Origin: a virus
Direction: 5' to 3' (one strand)
IMG/VR virus record: IMGVR_UViG_3300033171_000144
Coordinates: 1 to 23,388 of that record
DNA: 23,388 nucleotides
Shown: positions 6,206 through 13,201 of the stretch, piece after piece
Layout: each line of letters starts with the position of its first letter
How positions within the stretch are numbered: position 1 is the first letter of the stretch
The notes under the pieces: generated by a model
What the model was told of the DNA's origin: nothing
Database searches by the model: none
Seen by the model: only the letters and a program-made list of their open reading frames with translations
Made by a program: the position numbers and the translations under genes

Positions 6206-9200
6206 TGGACACCGCAACGGAGATCACTGAGGGCCATTATCAGCGACCGGAAGTTAAAGAAGTTATTCTCAAGCTATGCAGTTATGCCGGGGGGCTCAGG
6301 GGGCTCAACGGCGACGAGGGCTGGTATTCGAAGGGTCCGGGAGGATCAGTCAAGCTTCGTGGCCCCGGTGACTACGACGACACCACGGCGAGGGCCCGAT
6401 CGCTCTACATGACCGCCGACGTATTCGACCCGAAGGTATTCGATCTGTCGGCTCAGTGGATCGAAGGGCGAGGAGGCGAGGGGCGGCCAGAGTTCCCCCT
6501 GGGAACGAGGGGAGACCTCATATCTTACAGCCTCTTCGCCGATATCGACGCGGTGAAAGATCCCAGGGGCCCGGATGGGTCGAAGCTATTTCATGAAGGT
6601 CGTATCGAGGCCTTGGAAGCGGCGGCGTCTTTTATGGTGCAATACCTGAAAGACCGAGGCATCTCAGAGTCTGTGGGGGTTTTATTCTCAGGGCAGGGGA
6701 TTTACGTCTGGCTTCATCCGGCCCTGTCAGATGTATCGGAGAACAGGGCCCTGGCGGGATTCGACCGTGAAAAGCAGGACCATGATTTTAAGGTCTGGCT
6801 CGAAGCATTCAACGCACTCCTCTATGATATTGAGAAGGCGTTTTGTGAGGAGTACCCGGAACACGTCGGGCGGGTGAAATTCGATAAGCTCAACAATCAG
6901 AAACGAAAAATCAAGTGCCTGCTGTCGATTCATAAGACCATGCCTTTTGCGGTCGTCCCTCTTGATCGGGATGATGTCAAGATTGATCTGGAACGGGCCC
7001 GGCTCACTCTCGATGGTGGTCTGCCTTCTGAGACGATTGCTGAAGCCGAAGCGTGGCTGGATGGATGGAAGGCAGGGGAAGGCGAAAGGAAAGCGCTTAT
7101 ATCTCTTCTAAAGCCCTATGCCACCAAAGCCGAAAGGGACATCTCCCGGAAGGCCAATACATCGGGAGAGATCAGCCGGGCATCGGAGCCGATACCTATC
7201 TTGGATTGGTGTCCATTCTATCAAGCACTGGGGAAGTTCCCGGGAGGTACGGGGGCTCACCGAGTATGTGGTGCGCTAGCGGCCTGGCTCTACCAAGCTG
7301 GCTGGGAAGAGGGAGATGCCTTCGACTTATGGTATAACGTTGCGGCTCGATGTGATGTGGAGACGAGGATCTTTTACACGTCTTATGGGGTCATCAATAG
7401 CCCGTCATGTAGGACGATCCAGAAGACGAGCGCGGGATATCCGTCTCTCGGCTTCGGGGGGTTGAACTTGTGCAATCCAAATGAGAAATGCGAGGGGGCG
7501 GTCTGGCCGGGCCAGTACGGGACGCAGCCGAAAGACGAACTAAGCGATTTTTGCGTTGAAGTGTCGAAGAAGGACGGGGGAACGTATTTCAAATTTTCGC
7601 CGACGAAGGCGACCGATGCCTTAATCGGGAAGTATTTCGTGCTGGCGGCGTCGAAGATCGATACGGAGATCTATTGGTACGATGGACAGATCTACAGGCC
7701 TGATGGAGAGAGGAAGATTGACCTGAAGATCGTCTCTGTCGTCGAGGATCGGGCCAACGGGCGGGACGTGCAAGAGGTGACGAGGCGGATCAGGAACCGG
7801 CTTTTAGAGTCGCCGGTCGAATTTGATCCCGATCCGTTCCTTTTAGGCCTGCGAAATGGGGTCGCCGATCTGAGGACCGGCGAAGTCCGGGCTTACAGGC
7901 CCGACGACCTGATAACGGATATGATCGAAGTCGATTTCGACCCGGCGGCCCGGTGCCCTCAATTCTTAGGGTTCCTGGAGACGAGCGCCCCTCACATCTC
8001 CGACCGTTTCACCCTCATCGATTGGTTCGTCGCCACGGCGATCAAGCTCCCTCTGCCTTACGTCCTTTTTCTCCTCGGACTGGGGCGGAACGGGAAGGGG
8101 CTTTATGAGAACGTTATCAAGAGGTTTTTCGGTGGGGGGGCGTTTCGAGATATGGCCCTGGCCGAGATAACCCGGAACAACTTCGCGGCGGCATCGTTCT
8201 ACAAAAAGAGGGGATGGATCGCGTCGGAGCAATCGGGGAAGAGGAAGAGCACCATCGGGACCGACTTCATGAAGCTGACATCCGGGGACGGGACGATCGA
8301 CGGCGACAGGAAAAACAAGAGCCGGATTCAATTCAGGCCCTACTTCCAGACCATCGTCGATACAAACGCCATGCCGAAGATCGAGGACACCTCGATAGGC
8401 TGGATGGAGCGGTTCGTGAAGGTAGACCTGCCTTACGTCTATGTCGCCGAACCCAACCCCGAAAATCCCCTTGAACGGAAAAAGGACCCCCTGCTATTAA
8501 GCAAACTGACTACCGACGAGGAGCTGTCGGGAATCCTCAACCTGATCCTGTGGAGGGCCCCGGCGGTCTCCAAAACGATGACGATCCACAAGCGCCCCGC
8601 CGCCGTCATGTTTGCGGAGTACACCAGGCAAAGCGCCTCCGTCTTATCGTTCCTGGAGGCCTTCTGTGAATATGACCCCGAAATCGACCAGGAGAAGCTT
8701 ATCAACTGGGCAGGCCGCCACCCGACTTATAAAATATACGAATATTATAAAAAGTGGTGTTCGGCTATGGTGGGCGAGGTTGTAGACGAGGCCTACTTCG
8801 GCCGAAGCGTTAAGCGATTTTGTGGGGGGCGAGACGGTTCCAGGACCAAAGACTCTGATGGGAGAAATTGCACGTATTATAGGGGCCTGTTGTTCTATGA
8901 GGATAAGGCTAAGGAAGCTATAGATCTTCTACTACCTGAGATCTCAGGTAGTAGTATCTATTCTCAGGTAGACCGTAGGTATAATACTATAGACAGTAGC
9001 CAGGAGATAACGGTTTCTCAGGTATCTCAGGTAAAAGCATGGGATTATGCCCTTAAGAGATTCGGGCCATCTCCCTATAGGAGAGAATATGGAAAAAATG
9101 GCCTTTTGCCTGTTGTACCTGAGAAACCGTTAACGGGAGACGTTGAAGAAGTTGATTCTACCCGAGAAATACATACCTTTGTCATACATCTACCTGAGAA

Positions 9201-9375
9201 ACTTGACGAAATGGATCAAGTTCTCTCTGAAATGGAGCGCAAAGGAGAAGCTTATCACGTGGAGGTTTTCGAAATGGAGTTTGATCTGAGAGAGGGAGAA
9301 GGAGCCCCGAAGCTGACGGCGAGAGGATGGGAAGAGAGATCACCGAAAATGTACTATCCACCCTCGAGGATTTGA
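6205..9375 (+). CDS. Primase-helicase fusion: AEP (PriS-like) + PriL-CTD-like Cys cluster + D5-type SF3 helicase + C-terminal wHTH
   Basis: LFADID, FSGQGIY, RKIKCLLSIH (AEP); WCPF...H...PSCRTI...LCNPNEKC (FeS-like); D5_N (GLRNGVADLRTG); Walker A GLGRNGKG; SF3 motifs ASE and IVDTNAMP. Confidence 0.9.
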   Translation: MDTATEITEGHYQRPEVKEVILKLCSYAGGLRGLNGDEGWYSKGPGGSVKLRGPGDYDDTTARARSLYMTADVFDPKVFDLSAQWIEGRGGEGRPEFPLGTRGDLISYSLFADIDAVKDPRGPDGSKLFHEGRIEALEAAASFMVQYLKDRGISESVGVLFSGQGIYVWLHPALSDVSENRALAGFDREKQDHDFKVWLEAFNALLYDIEKAFCEEYPEHVGRVKFDKLNNQKRKIKCLLSIHKTMPFAVVPLDRDDVKIDLERARLTLDGGLPSETIAEAEAWLDGWKAGEGERKALISLLKPYATKAERDISRKANTSGEISRASEPIPILDWCPFYQALGKFPGGTGAHRVCGALAAWLYQAGWEEGDAFDLWYNVAARCDVETRIFYTSYGVINSPSCRTIQKTSAGYPSLGFGGLNLCNPNEKCEGAVWPGQYGTQPKDELSDFCVEVSKKDGGTYFKFSPTKATDALIGKYFVLAASKIDTEIYWYDGQIYRPDGERKIDLKIVSVVEDRANGRDVQEVTRRIRNRLLESPVEFDPDPFLLGLRNGVADLRTGEVRAYRPDDLITDMIEVDFDPAARCPQFLGFLETSAPHISDRFTLIDWFVATAIKLPLPYVLFLLGLGRNGKGLYENVIKRFFGGGAFRDMALAEITRNNFAAASFYKKRGWIASEQSGKRKSTIGTDFMKLTSGDGTIDGDRKNKSRIQFRPYFQTIVDTNAMPKIEDTSIGWMERFVKVDLPYVYVAEPNPENPLERKKDPLLLSKLTTDEELSGILNLILWRAPAVSKTMTIHKRPAAVMFAEYTRQSASVLSFLEAFCEYDPEIDQEKLINWAGRHPTYKIYEYYKKWCSAMVGEVVDEAYFGRSVKRFCGGRDGSRTKDSDGRNCTYYRGLLFYEDKAKEAIDLLLPEISGSSIYSQVDRRYNTIDSSQEITVSQVSQVKAWDYALKRFGPSPYRREYGKNGLLPVVPEKPLTGDVEEVDSTREIHTFVIHLPEKLDEMDQVLSEMERKGEAYHVEVFEMEFDLREGEGAPKLTARGWEERSPKMYYPPSRI
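8929..9202. repeat. Iteron cluster and 26-bp palindrome: putative replication origin inside the primase-helicase gene
   Basis: TCTCAGGTA at 8942, 8962, 9016 and 9025; its reverse complement at 8933, 9116 and 9191 (1 mismatch at 9159); perfect palindrome CTACTACCTGAGATCTCAGGTAGTAG at 8929-8954. Confidence 0.75.
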
Positions 9376-9387
9376 TTTAAGGAGACG

Positions 9388-9645
9388 ATGAAGATGGTAA
9401 TATTTCGACTTGAGGAGAAGGCGTCGATCAACCTGGAGGGTGTCCGGGTATCAACGGCGCACCGAATAGGGGCGGAAACCGAGAAGGGGCTGTTGCTGGA
9501 GGTCGTCCATGTAGCCGACGGCATGGACGTGAAGAAAATCGGCTACTGGCTCCCGAAAAGCCAGATCAAGGTTGAGAACGGTACGATCGAGATCCCCGAC
9601 TGGCTTTGGCAAAAGAAGAGGGAAGCGATGGATTTTGTGAGGTGA
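9388..9645 (+). CDS. Conserved phage protein of unknown function
   Basis: ETEKG.L....WLPKSQI....IEIPDWLW.KK is a pattern I recognise from small phage proteins. Confidence 0.7.
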   Translation: MKMVIFRLEEKASINLEGVRVSTAHRIGAETEKGLLLEVVHVADGMDVKKIGYWLPKSQIKVENGTIEIPDWLWQKKREAMDFVR

Positions 9646-9649
9646 CGAG

Positions 9650-9913
9650 ATGACCACAACGATATACAAGACCCCGAACTGCCCCAGATGCCGCGAACTG
9701 GCGGCATACTTGACCCAGCTGGGGGTCGATTTCGACGAACAGGATATGAGCTCATCAGAGGTATTGACCGATCTCCGATGTGAGGGCGTCTTTGTGATGG
9801 AGGCCCCCGTTCTCCGGGTGGGCAACACATATCACAATACTAATATCCTCTGGAATGGCAACAAGCTCGCGGCCGGATATGTGGCCGGCCTCTTCGGGAG
9901 GGGGTCGGAATGA
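9650..9913 (+). CDS. Glutaredoxin/NrdH-like redoxin
   Basis: TIYKTPNCPRC (CxxC), cis-Pro motif EAPVL; LTDLR..GVF...APVL resembles methanogen glutaredoxin-like proteins. Confidence 0.85.
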   Translation: MTTTIYKTPNCPRCRELAAYLTQLGVDFDEQDMSSSEVLTDLRCEGVFVMEAPVLRVGNTYHNTNILWNGNKLAAGYVAGLFGRGSE

Positions 9914-10140
9914 ACCTTTCCGACTTCGGTGTCTGCGGTACATCCCGCGAGCCAGTTGAGCCGGTATCCGCTATCGAAATCGACGAGGTGCAGCGTGGCT
10001 GGTCCCTCCGCGGGCGCGGCCTAGATATGGCCCTCGGTGACGAGAGTTACATGCGGGCTCGCGTGGAGCCCTTGGCGGCTCGTCTCGGCGTCGAGCCCGG
10101 CCTGATCCTGATCTCCCCGGCACTGGCGAGGTGGGCCTGA
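9910..10140 (+). CDS. Hypothetical protein
   Basis: ATGA-coupled ORF. Confidence 0.65.
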   Translation: MNLSDFGVCGTSREPVEPVSAIEIDEVQRGWSLRGRGLDMALGDESYMRARVEPLAARLGVEPGLILISPALARWA

Positions 10141-10229
10141 TGCCAGCTGGGAATGCCTACCTGATCGCATGGACTCTCTTTCTTTCGGCTTGCCTGATAG
10201 GCCTATGCCTCATCATGGAGGGGCTCTGA
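10140..10229 (+). CDS. 29-aa single-TM micropeptide MPAGNAYLIAWTLFLSACLIGLCLIMEGL
   Basis: Not in the ORF track; TGATG overlaps at both ends; one hydrophobic helix. Confidence 0.6.
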   Translation: MPAGNAYLIAWTLFLSACLIGLCLIMEGL

Positions 10230-10384
10230 TGCCCCGGTTCCCAGGGACGAACCGGGGCCTCCTCGGGCGGATCAAGCGCATCGACGACTGGAGAGCTTTC
10301 GAGCGCAACAAAGCCGCCGTTGCACTCTGGTATTGGCAGGCTCAGAGTGGGGCATATCCGGCTCTCGATGGGGCGATGCCGTGA
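10229..10384 (+). CDS. Small basic hypothetical protein (51 aa, starts MPRFPG)
   Basis: Start refined to ATG 10229 from the coupling pattern and RBS GGAGGGG. Confidence 0.6.
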   Translation: MPRFPGTNRGLLGRIKRIDDWRAFERNKAAVALWYWQAQSGAYPALDGAMP

Positions 10385-10596
10385 GCCAGGAGGAGGTGAT
10401 CGCAGTCTTGCGAGAAGAAGGCAGGCCCATGACGGCTTTCGAAATCCGAGACAGCCTCAACGGCCACCTCAAGACCGTCCAGGCCAACCTCCAGAACGCG
10501 ATGCGGAACAAGCTCGTCGTCCGGGCCGGCTGGATACCTCGCCGAGAAGGAGAGTTTGGCGGCCCAAAGGCCCTCTATGCTCTGGGAGATGGATGA
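10381..10596 (+). CDS. Winged-HTH transcription regulator
   Basis: EEVIAVLREEGRPMTAFEIRDSL....KTVQANLQ.....LV.R...LY; start refined to GTG 10381. Confidence 0.75.
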   Translation: MSQEEVIAVLREEGRPMTAFEIRDSLNGHLKTVQANLQNAMRNKLVVRAGWIPRREGEFGGPKALYALGDG

Positions 10597-10810
10597 GACG
10601 ACTCAGATCGAAGTTATAGATCTTCTCCGAGAGTGGGGAGAGCTAACGGTCCAAGAACTTGCATACCTGATGGGCTGCCCGCCCCAAAGCGCACAGCATC
10701 AGTGCCATCGGCTGCGGATATCAGGCCTGATAAGCTACTTTCCGGAGCGCTACAAGCATCAAGATCGCTACGTATATTACCTCGTGGATGCAGGACCGAA
10801 AGATATTTAG
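10589..10810 (+). CDS. Winged-HTH transcription regulator
   Basis: VIDLLREWGELTVQELAYLMGCPPQSAQHQCHRLRISGLI...YVYYL; start refined to ATG 10589. Confidence 0.8.
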   Translation: MDETTQIEVIDLLREWGELTVQELAYLMGCPPQSAQHQCHRLRISGLISYFPERYKHQDRYVYYLVDAGPKDI

Positions 10811-10838
10811 CTTATCCTGACAGTACCGTCAGGATAAG
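10811..10838 (+). promoter_or_regulatory. 28-bp palindromic site A (11-6-11): CTTATCCTGAC-AGTACC-GTCAGGATAAG
   Basis: Perfect 11-bp inverted arms; begins at the base after the wHTH stop codon; 25/28 identical to the reverse complement of site B. Confidence 0.8.
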
Positions 10839-10863
10839 GCTTGACACGCCTACGAACTAACAT

Positions 10864-11027
10864 CGCTATGGTGGTGGCCTGGACTCCACCACCAACTCTC
10901 ACTGATCTACTGCCATTTCGGGCCGGGTTTCAACCTCCTTCCCCGGCCCGACCTCCTCTGATCCGCCGCCTGTGATGGCCTCCCCCTTCATAGCGTCTTG
11001 GGGTGTCGAACCCCGCAAGAGGCCATC
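10864..11027 (-). ncRNA. Candidate structured non-coding RNA
   Basis: Stems 11027-11021/10980-10974, 10951-10942/10927-10918 and 10894-10886/10877-10869; T-loop hairpin GGGG-TTCGACA-CCCC; TATA-like GTATAATA about 24 nt upstream; no credible ORF. Confidence 0.5.
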
Positions 11028-11112
11028 GATAAAATCAATCAGGGGCACGCTATTATACGAGCAGGTCTTCAGCCTGTGAATTCATGGGGCATAATATGAG
11101 GAGGCCGCGAGG

Positions 11113-11304
11113 ATGAGAATAGTGCTACGCCACATTTGGCGAGATTGGTGGTGGATTGTTGGAGCCTACCGGACCAGGCCAAAGCTCGAAATGTCGCATG
11201 AATCGCCGTCGCTCCAATACGTCCCATCTCAATACATGACGGCCGATGACGCCACCGGGCTGTACATCGATGACGCCGCCGGGCTGTACATCGACGACGC
11301 CTAA
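11113..11304 (+). CDS. 63-aa orphan: Trp-rich N-terminus, acidic repeat C-terminus
   Basis: RBS-like GAGGAGG/GAGG upstream; its TAA overlaps the convergent TAG of the head gene. Confidence 0.5.
   Translation: MRIVLRHIWRDWWWIVGAYRTRPKLEMSHESPSLQYVPSQYMTADDATGLYIDDAAGLYIDDA
11245..11301 (+). repeat. 24-bp tandem repeat, about 2.4 copies (DDAxGLYI)
   Basis: GATGACGCCACCGGGCTGTACATC / GATGACGCCGCCGGGCTGTACATC / GACGACGCC. Confidence 0.9.
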
Positions 11305-12155
11305 GCCTGCCTCGCCATCTCGTCGGGGCTTAGCGTGTAGATGTGCCTGCAATTCGGCCCCAGCATATGCCCGCCACCAGACCTGACTTCGGCCAACGTT
11401 GGATATCCTGGAGTGTTTCCGGTGAGGGATACCGTGACACCCTCCCATCTCTGGCATGAAGGGCATGCCTTTGAGTGTGAAGAAAATACAACCAAGTCAT
11501 ATCCATGCTCAAGCAGCCTGAGCCGAGTACCTTCTCGAAAACTATTCATTGTACAATCATGTACAGCCATCTGCGTATACGTAGACATCGACCACTGCCG
11601 CCCGGCCTTGTCCACGAAGCCCGTGATCCCTCTTTTCGCCAGCTCTTCCCGCATGGCCTTCGCTGACTGTTTCGTCGATTCGAATCCCAGGACCGTGCCC
11701 TCAGCAGCCTCGAGCTGGAGAGCTCGAAAGAGGTCGTCCACCCTCCGGCCTATCACGGTATCCATGTAGACCGTCCGGGTCCGCATCGATTCGGCGAGCG
11801 CAAAAGCCGCCTGTTGGTGTACAGTGGCAAAACCCTTCGCCAGATGCGTCGAAAACGCCATCCCGTCGGCGTAAGCCATGCCCTCCGAGTAGAGGTACGG
11901 CACGACATCCTGACACCATGTCCTGGAGCCAGCTAGAAGCTCTTTGCGGGCCGTGGTGATGTTTGCTTTCACCTGCTGGAGATAGGCCGGATCTGAGCCT
12001 CTAAGCAATGCCTGGTTGATCTGCTTTTCAATCCGGGCCTCGCCCCGCTCGTAGAGCTGGATGAGGGCCCTGGCCTGGGCGTCGGTGAGCTTCTGGATTT
12101 GGGCTTCAGTCCGCAACTTCGACCCCCATATCGACATCGGATAGGTCCAACCCAT
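11301..12155 (-). CDS. Head morphogenesis / minor capsid protein (SPP1 gp7/Mu gpF-like, minor capsid 2 type); start uncertain
   Basis: FVDKAGRQWSMSTY, HSKACPSCQRWEG, GYPTL and GPNCRH motifs; downstream of the portal. Confidence 0.85.
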   Translation of the reverse strand: MGWTYPMSIWGSKLRTEAQIQKLTDAQARALIQLYERGEARIEKQINQALLRGSDPAYLQQVKANITTARKELLAGSRTWCQDVVPYLYSEGMAYADGMAFSTHLAKGFATVHQQAAFALAESMRTRTVYMDTVIGRRVDDLFRALQLEAAEGTVLGFESTKQSAKAMREELAKRGITGFVDKAGRQWSMSTYTQMAVHDCTMNSFREGTRLRLLEHGYDLVVFSSHSKACPSCQRWEGVTVSLTGNTPGYPTLAEVRSGGGHMLGPNCRHIYTLSPDEMARQA

Positions 12156-12723
12156 CGGGGCCGATACCGTACCTCTCCATTACCTCTTCGTCGCCTCTGA
12201 CCTCTCGACCCCTTAGAGGCGCTTGAGGCTCAACGGCCCGCGTATTTCCTGTGGCTATTGCGATCTTCCTTAGCTCCTCGGTCCTGGTGGATGGCTTTGG
12301 GGGACCGGCGGTTACGGTGGCACCCTTCTCGCGAAGCCCCTCAATGGTTTTACTCTCTTCTGATATCCTTTGCTCTTCGGCCCGAATGCGATCTGAGAGG
12401 GTTTTGTAGCTGGTTCTTATGCCCTGGTCTTTCAGCCATTCGTGGATCTGCCTAGCTGATCGCCCCTCTCGTTTCCTCTTCATTATTTCTTCGATTATTT
12501 CCCCGTCCGCAGGGAGACCGCTGGGCCTTCCATTTCTAGTTTTCTTCGATAGTTTCTTTTGAGTCGTCGCCGAAATTTCGATAGGCTTGGACGCAACATC
12601 ATTTGAGCCGGCGAGCTGCAACAGCTCATCGACTTTCGCTATAACTTGCGGCAGCCGGGGGTAATGGTCCCTAGGGATTCCCTCGGGATAGATCGTGGCC
12701 AGTAACTCCTCACAAGTCGTCAT
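12106..12723 (-). CDS. Hypothetical protein with central HTH-like segment
   Basis: IEEIMKRKREGRSARQIHEWLKDQGIRTSYKTLSDRI. Confidence 0.7.
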   Translation of the reverse strand: MTTCEELLATIYPEGIPRDHYPRLPQVIAKVDELLQLAGSNDVASKPIEISATTQKKLSKKTRNGRPSGLPADGEIIEEIMKRKREGRSARQIHEWLKDQGIRTSYKTLSDRIRAEEQRISEESKTIEGLREKGATVTAGPPKPSTRTEELRKIAIATGNTRAVEPQAPLRGREVRGDEEVMERYGIGPDGLDLSDVDMGVEVAD

Positions 12724-13004
12724 AATATCCTCGTCACCTCCGCCACAATGTCCCGCCCGTCGCAGAGCACCGACGCCGGGATCGCGTCGCCTGTGGTCGG
12801 ATTCCGGACGATCGGAGCGAACATAAGCTCCTCGATCGGATCATAATAACCGGACACGCGAAGGTCTGCGAGGATCTCGGACGACGCCCCATAATGCAGC
12901 TCGTCGAGCCTCACCTCTTGGAACGGTATGTTCTCGGCCAGGAGCGCCTTTTTCACGGCTTCACAGCCGGAACATTTCGGCATAGTGTAGAGTTCGATCA
13001 TCAT
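12720..13004 (-). CDS. Second glutaredoxin-like protein
   Basis: IELYTMPKCSGCEAVKKAL (CxxC) and FAPIV cis-Pro motif. Confidence 0.8.
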   Translation of the reverse strand: MMIELYTMPKCSGCEAVKKALLAENIPFQEVRLDELHYGASSEILADLRVSGYYDPIEELMFAPIVRNPTTGDAIPASVLCDGRDIVAEVTRIL

Positions 13005-13201
13005 AGATACCTATAACCATGATATCCGCAATTCGGGCATTTTATCTCATATTGCGGAGGGTTCGATGCTAAAATCATTTTTCTGTCAACATCTACCAGC
13101 TCCGTGCCGCAGTTGGGGCACGCGATATTATTGGGGGCGTTCTTGGTCTCGAAATCTGCATCCCAAATAATTTGGCTGTTGTGCTCTTCTAACGAAATCA
13201 T
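13001..13201 (-). CDS. Zinc-ribbon protein, 66 aa
   Basis: CPNC-x23-CPNC; true start ATG 13201 overlaps the portal stop. The longer ORF-track extension is a shadow of the portal. Confidence 0.75.
   Translation of the reverse strand: MISLEEHNSQIIWDADFETKNAPNNIACPNCGTELVDVDRKMILASNPPQYEIKCPNCGYHGYRYL

Noticed and set aside
8898-8910. TGAGGATAAGGCT, 12/13 identical to the right end of site A, next to the origin
   Set aside because: A single half-site inside coding sequence with no partner arm; could be chance.
10868-10975. Short ORFs across the structured region (35 aa on +, 30 aa on -)
   Set aside because: Pro- or Gly-rich by-products of the hairpins, with no well-placed RBS and no coupling.
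10996-11020. tRNA gene suggested by GGGGTTCGACACCCC
   Set aside because: There are no D-arm, anticodon arm or acceptor stem in the right places; retained only as a T-loop in the ncRNA candidate.
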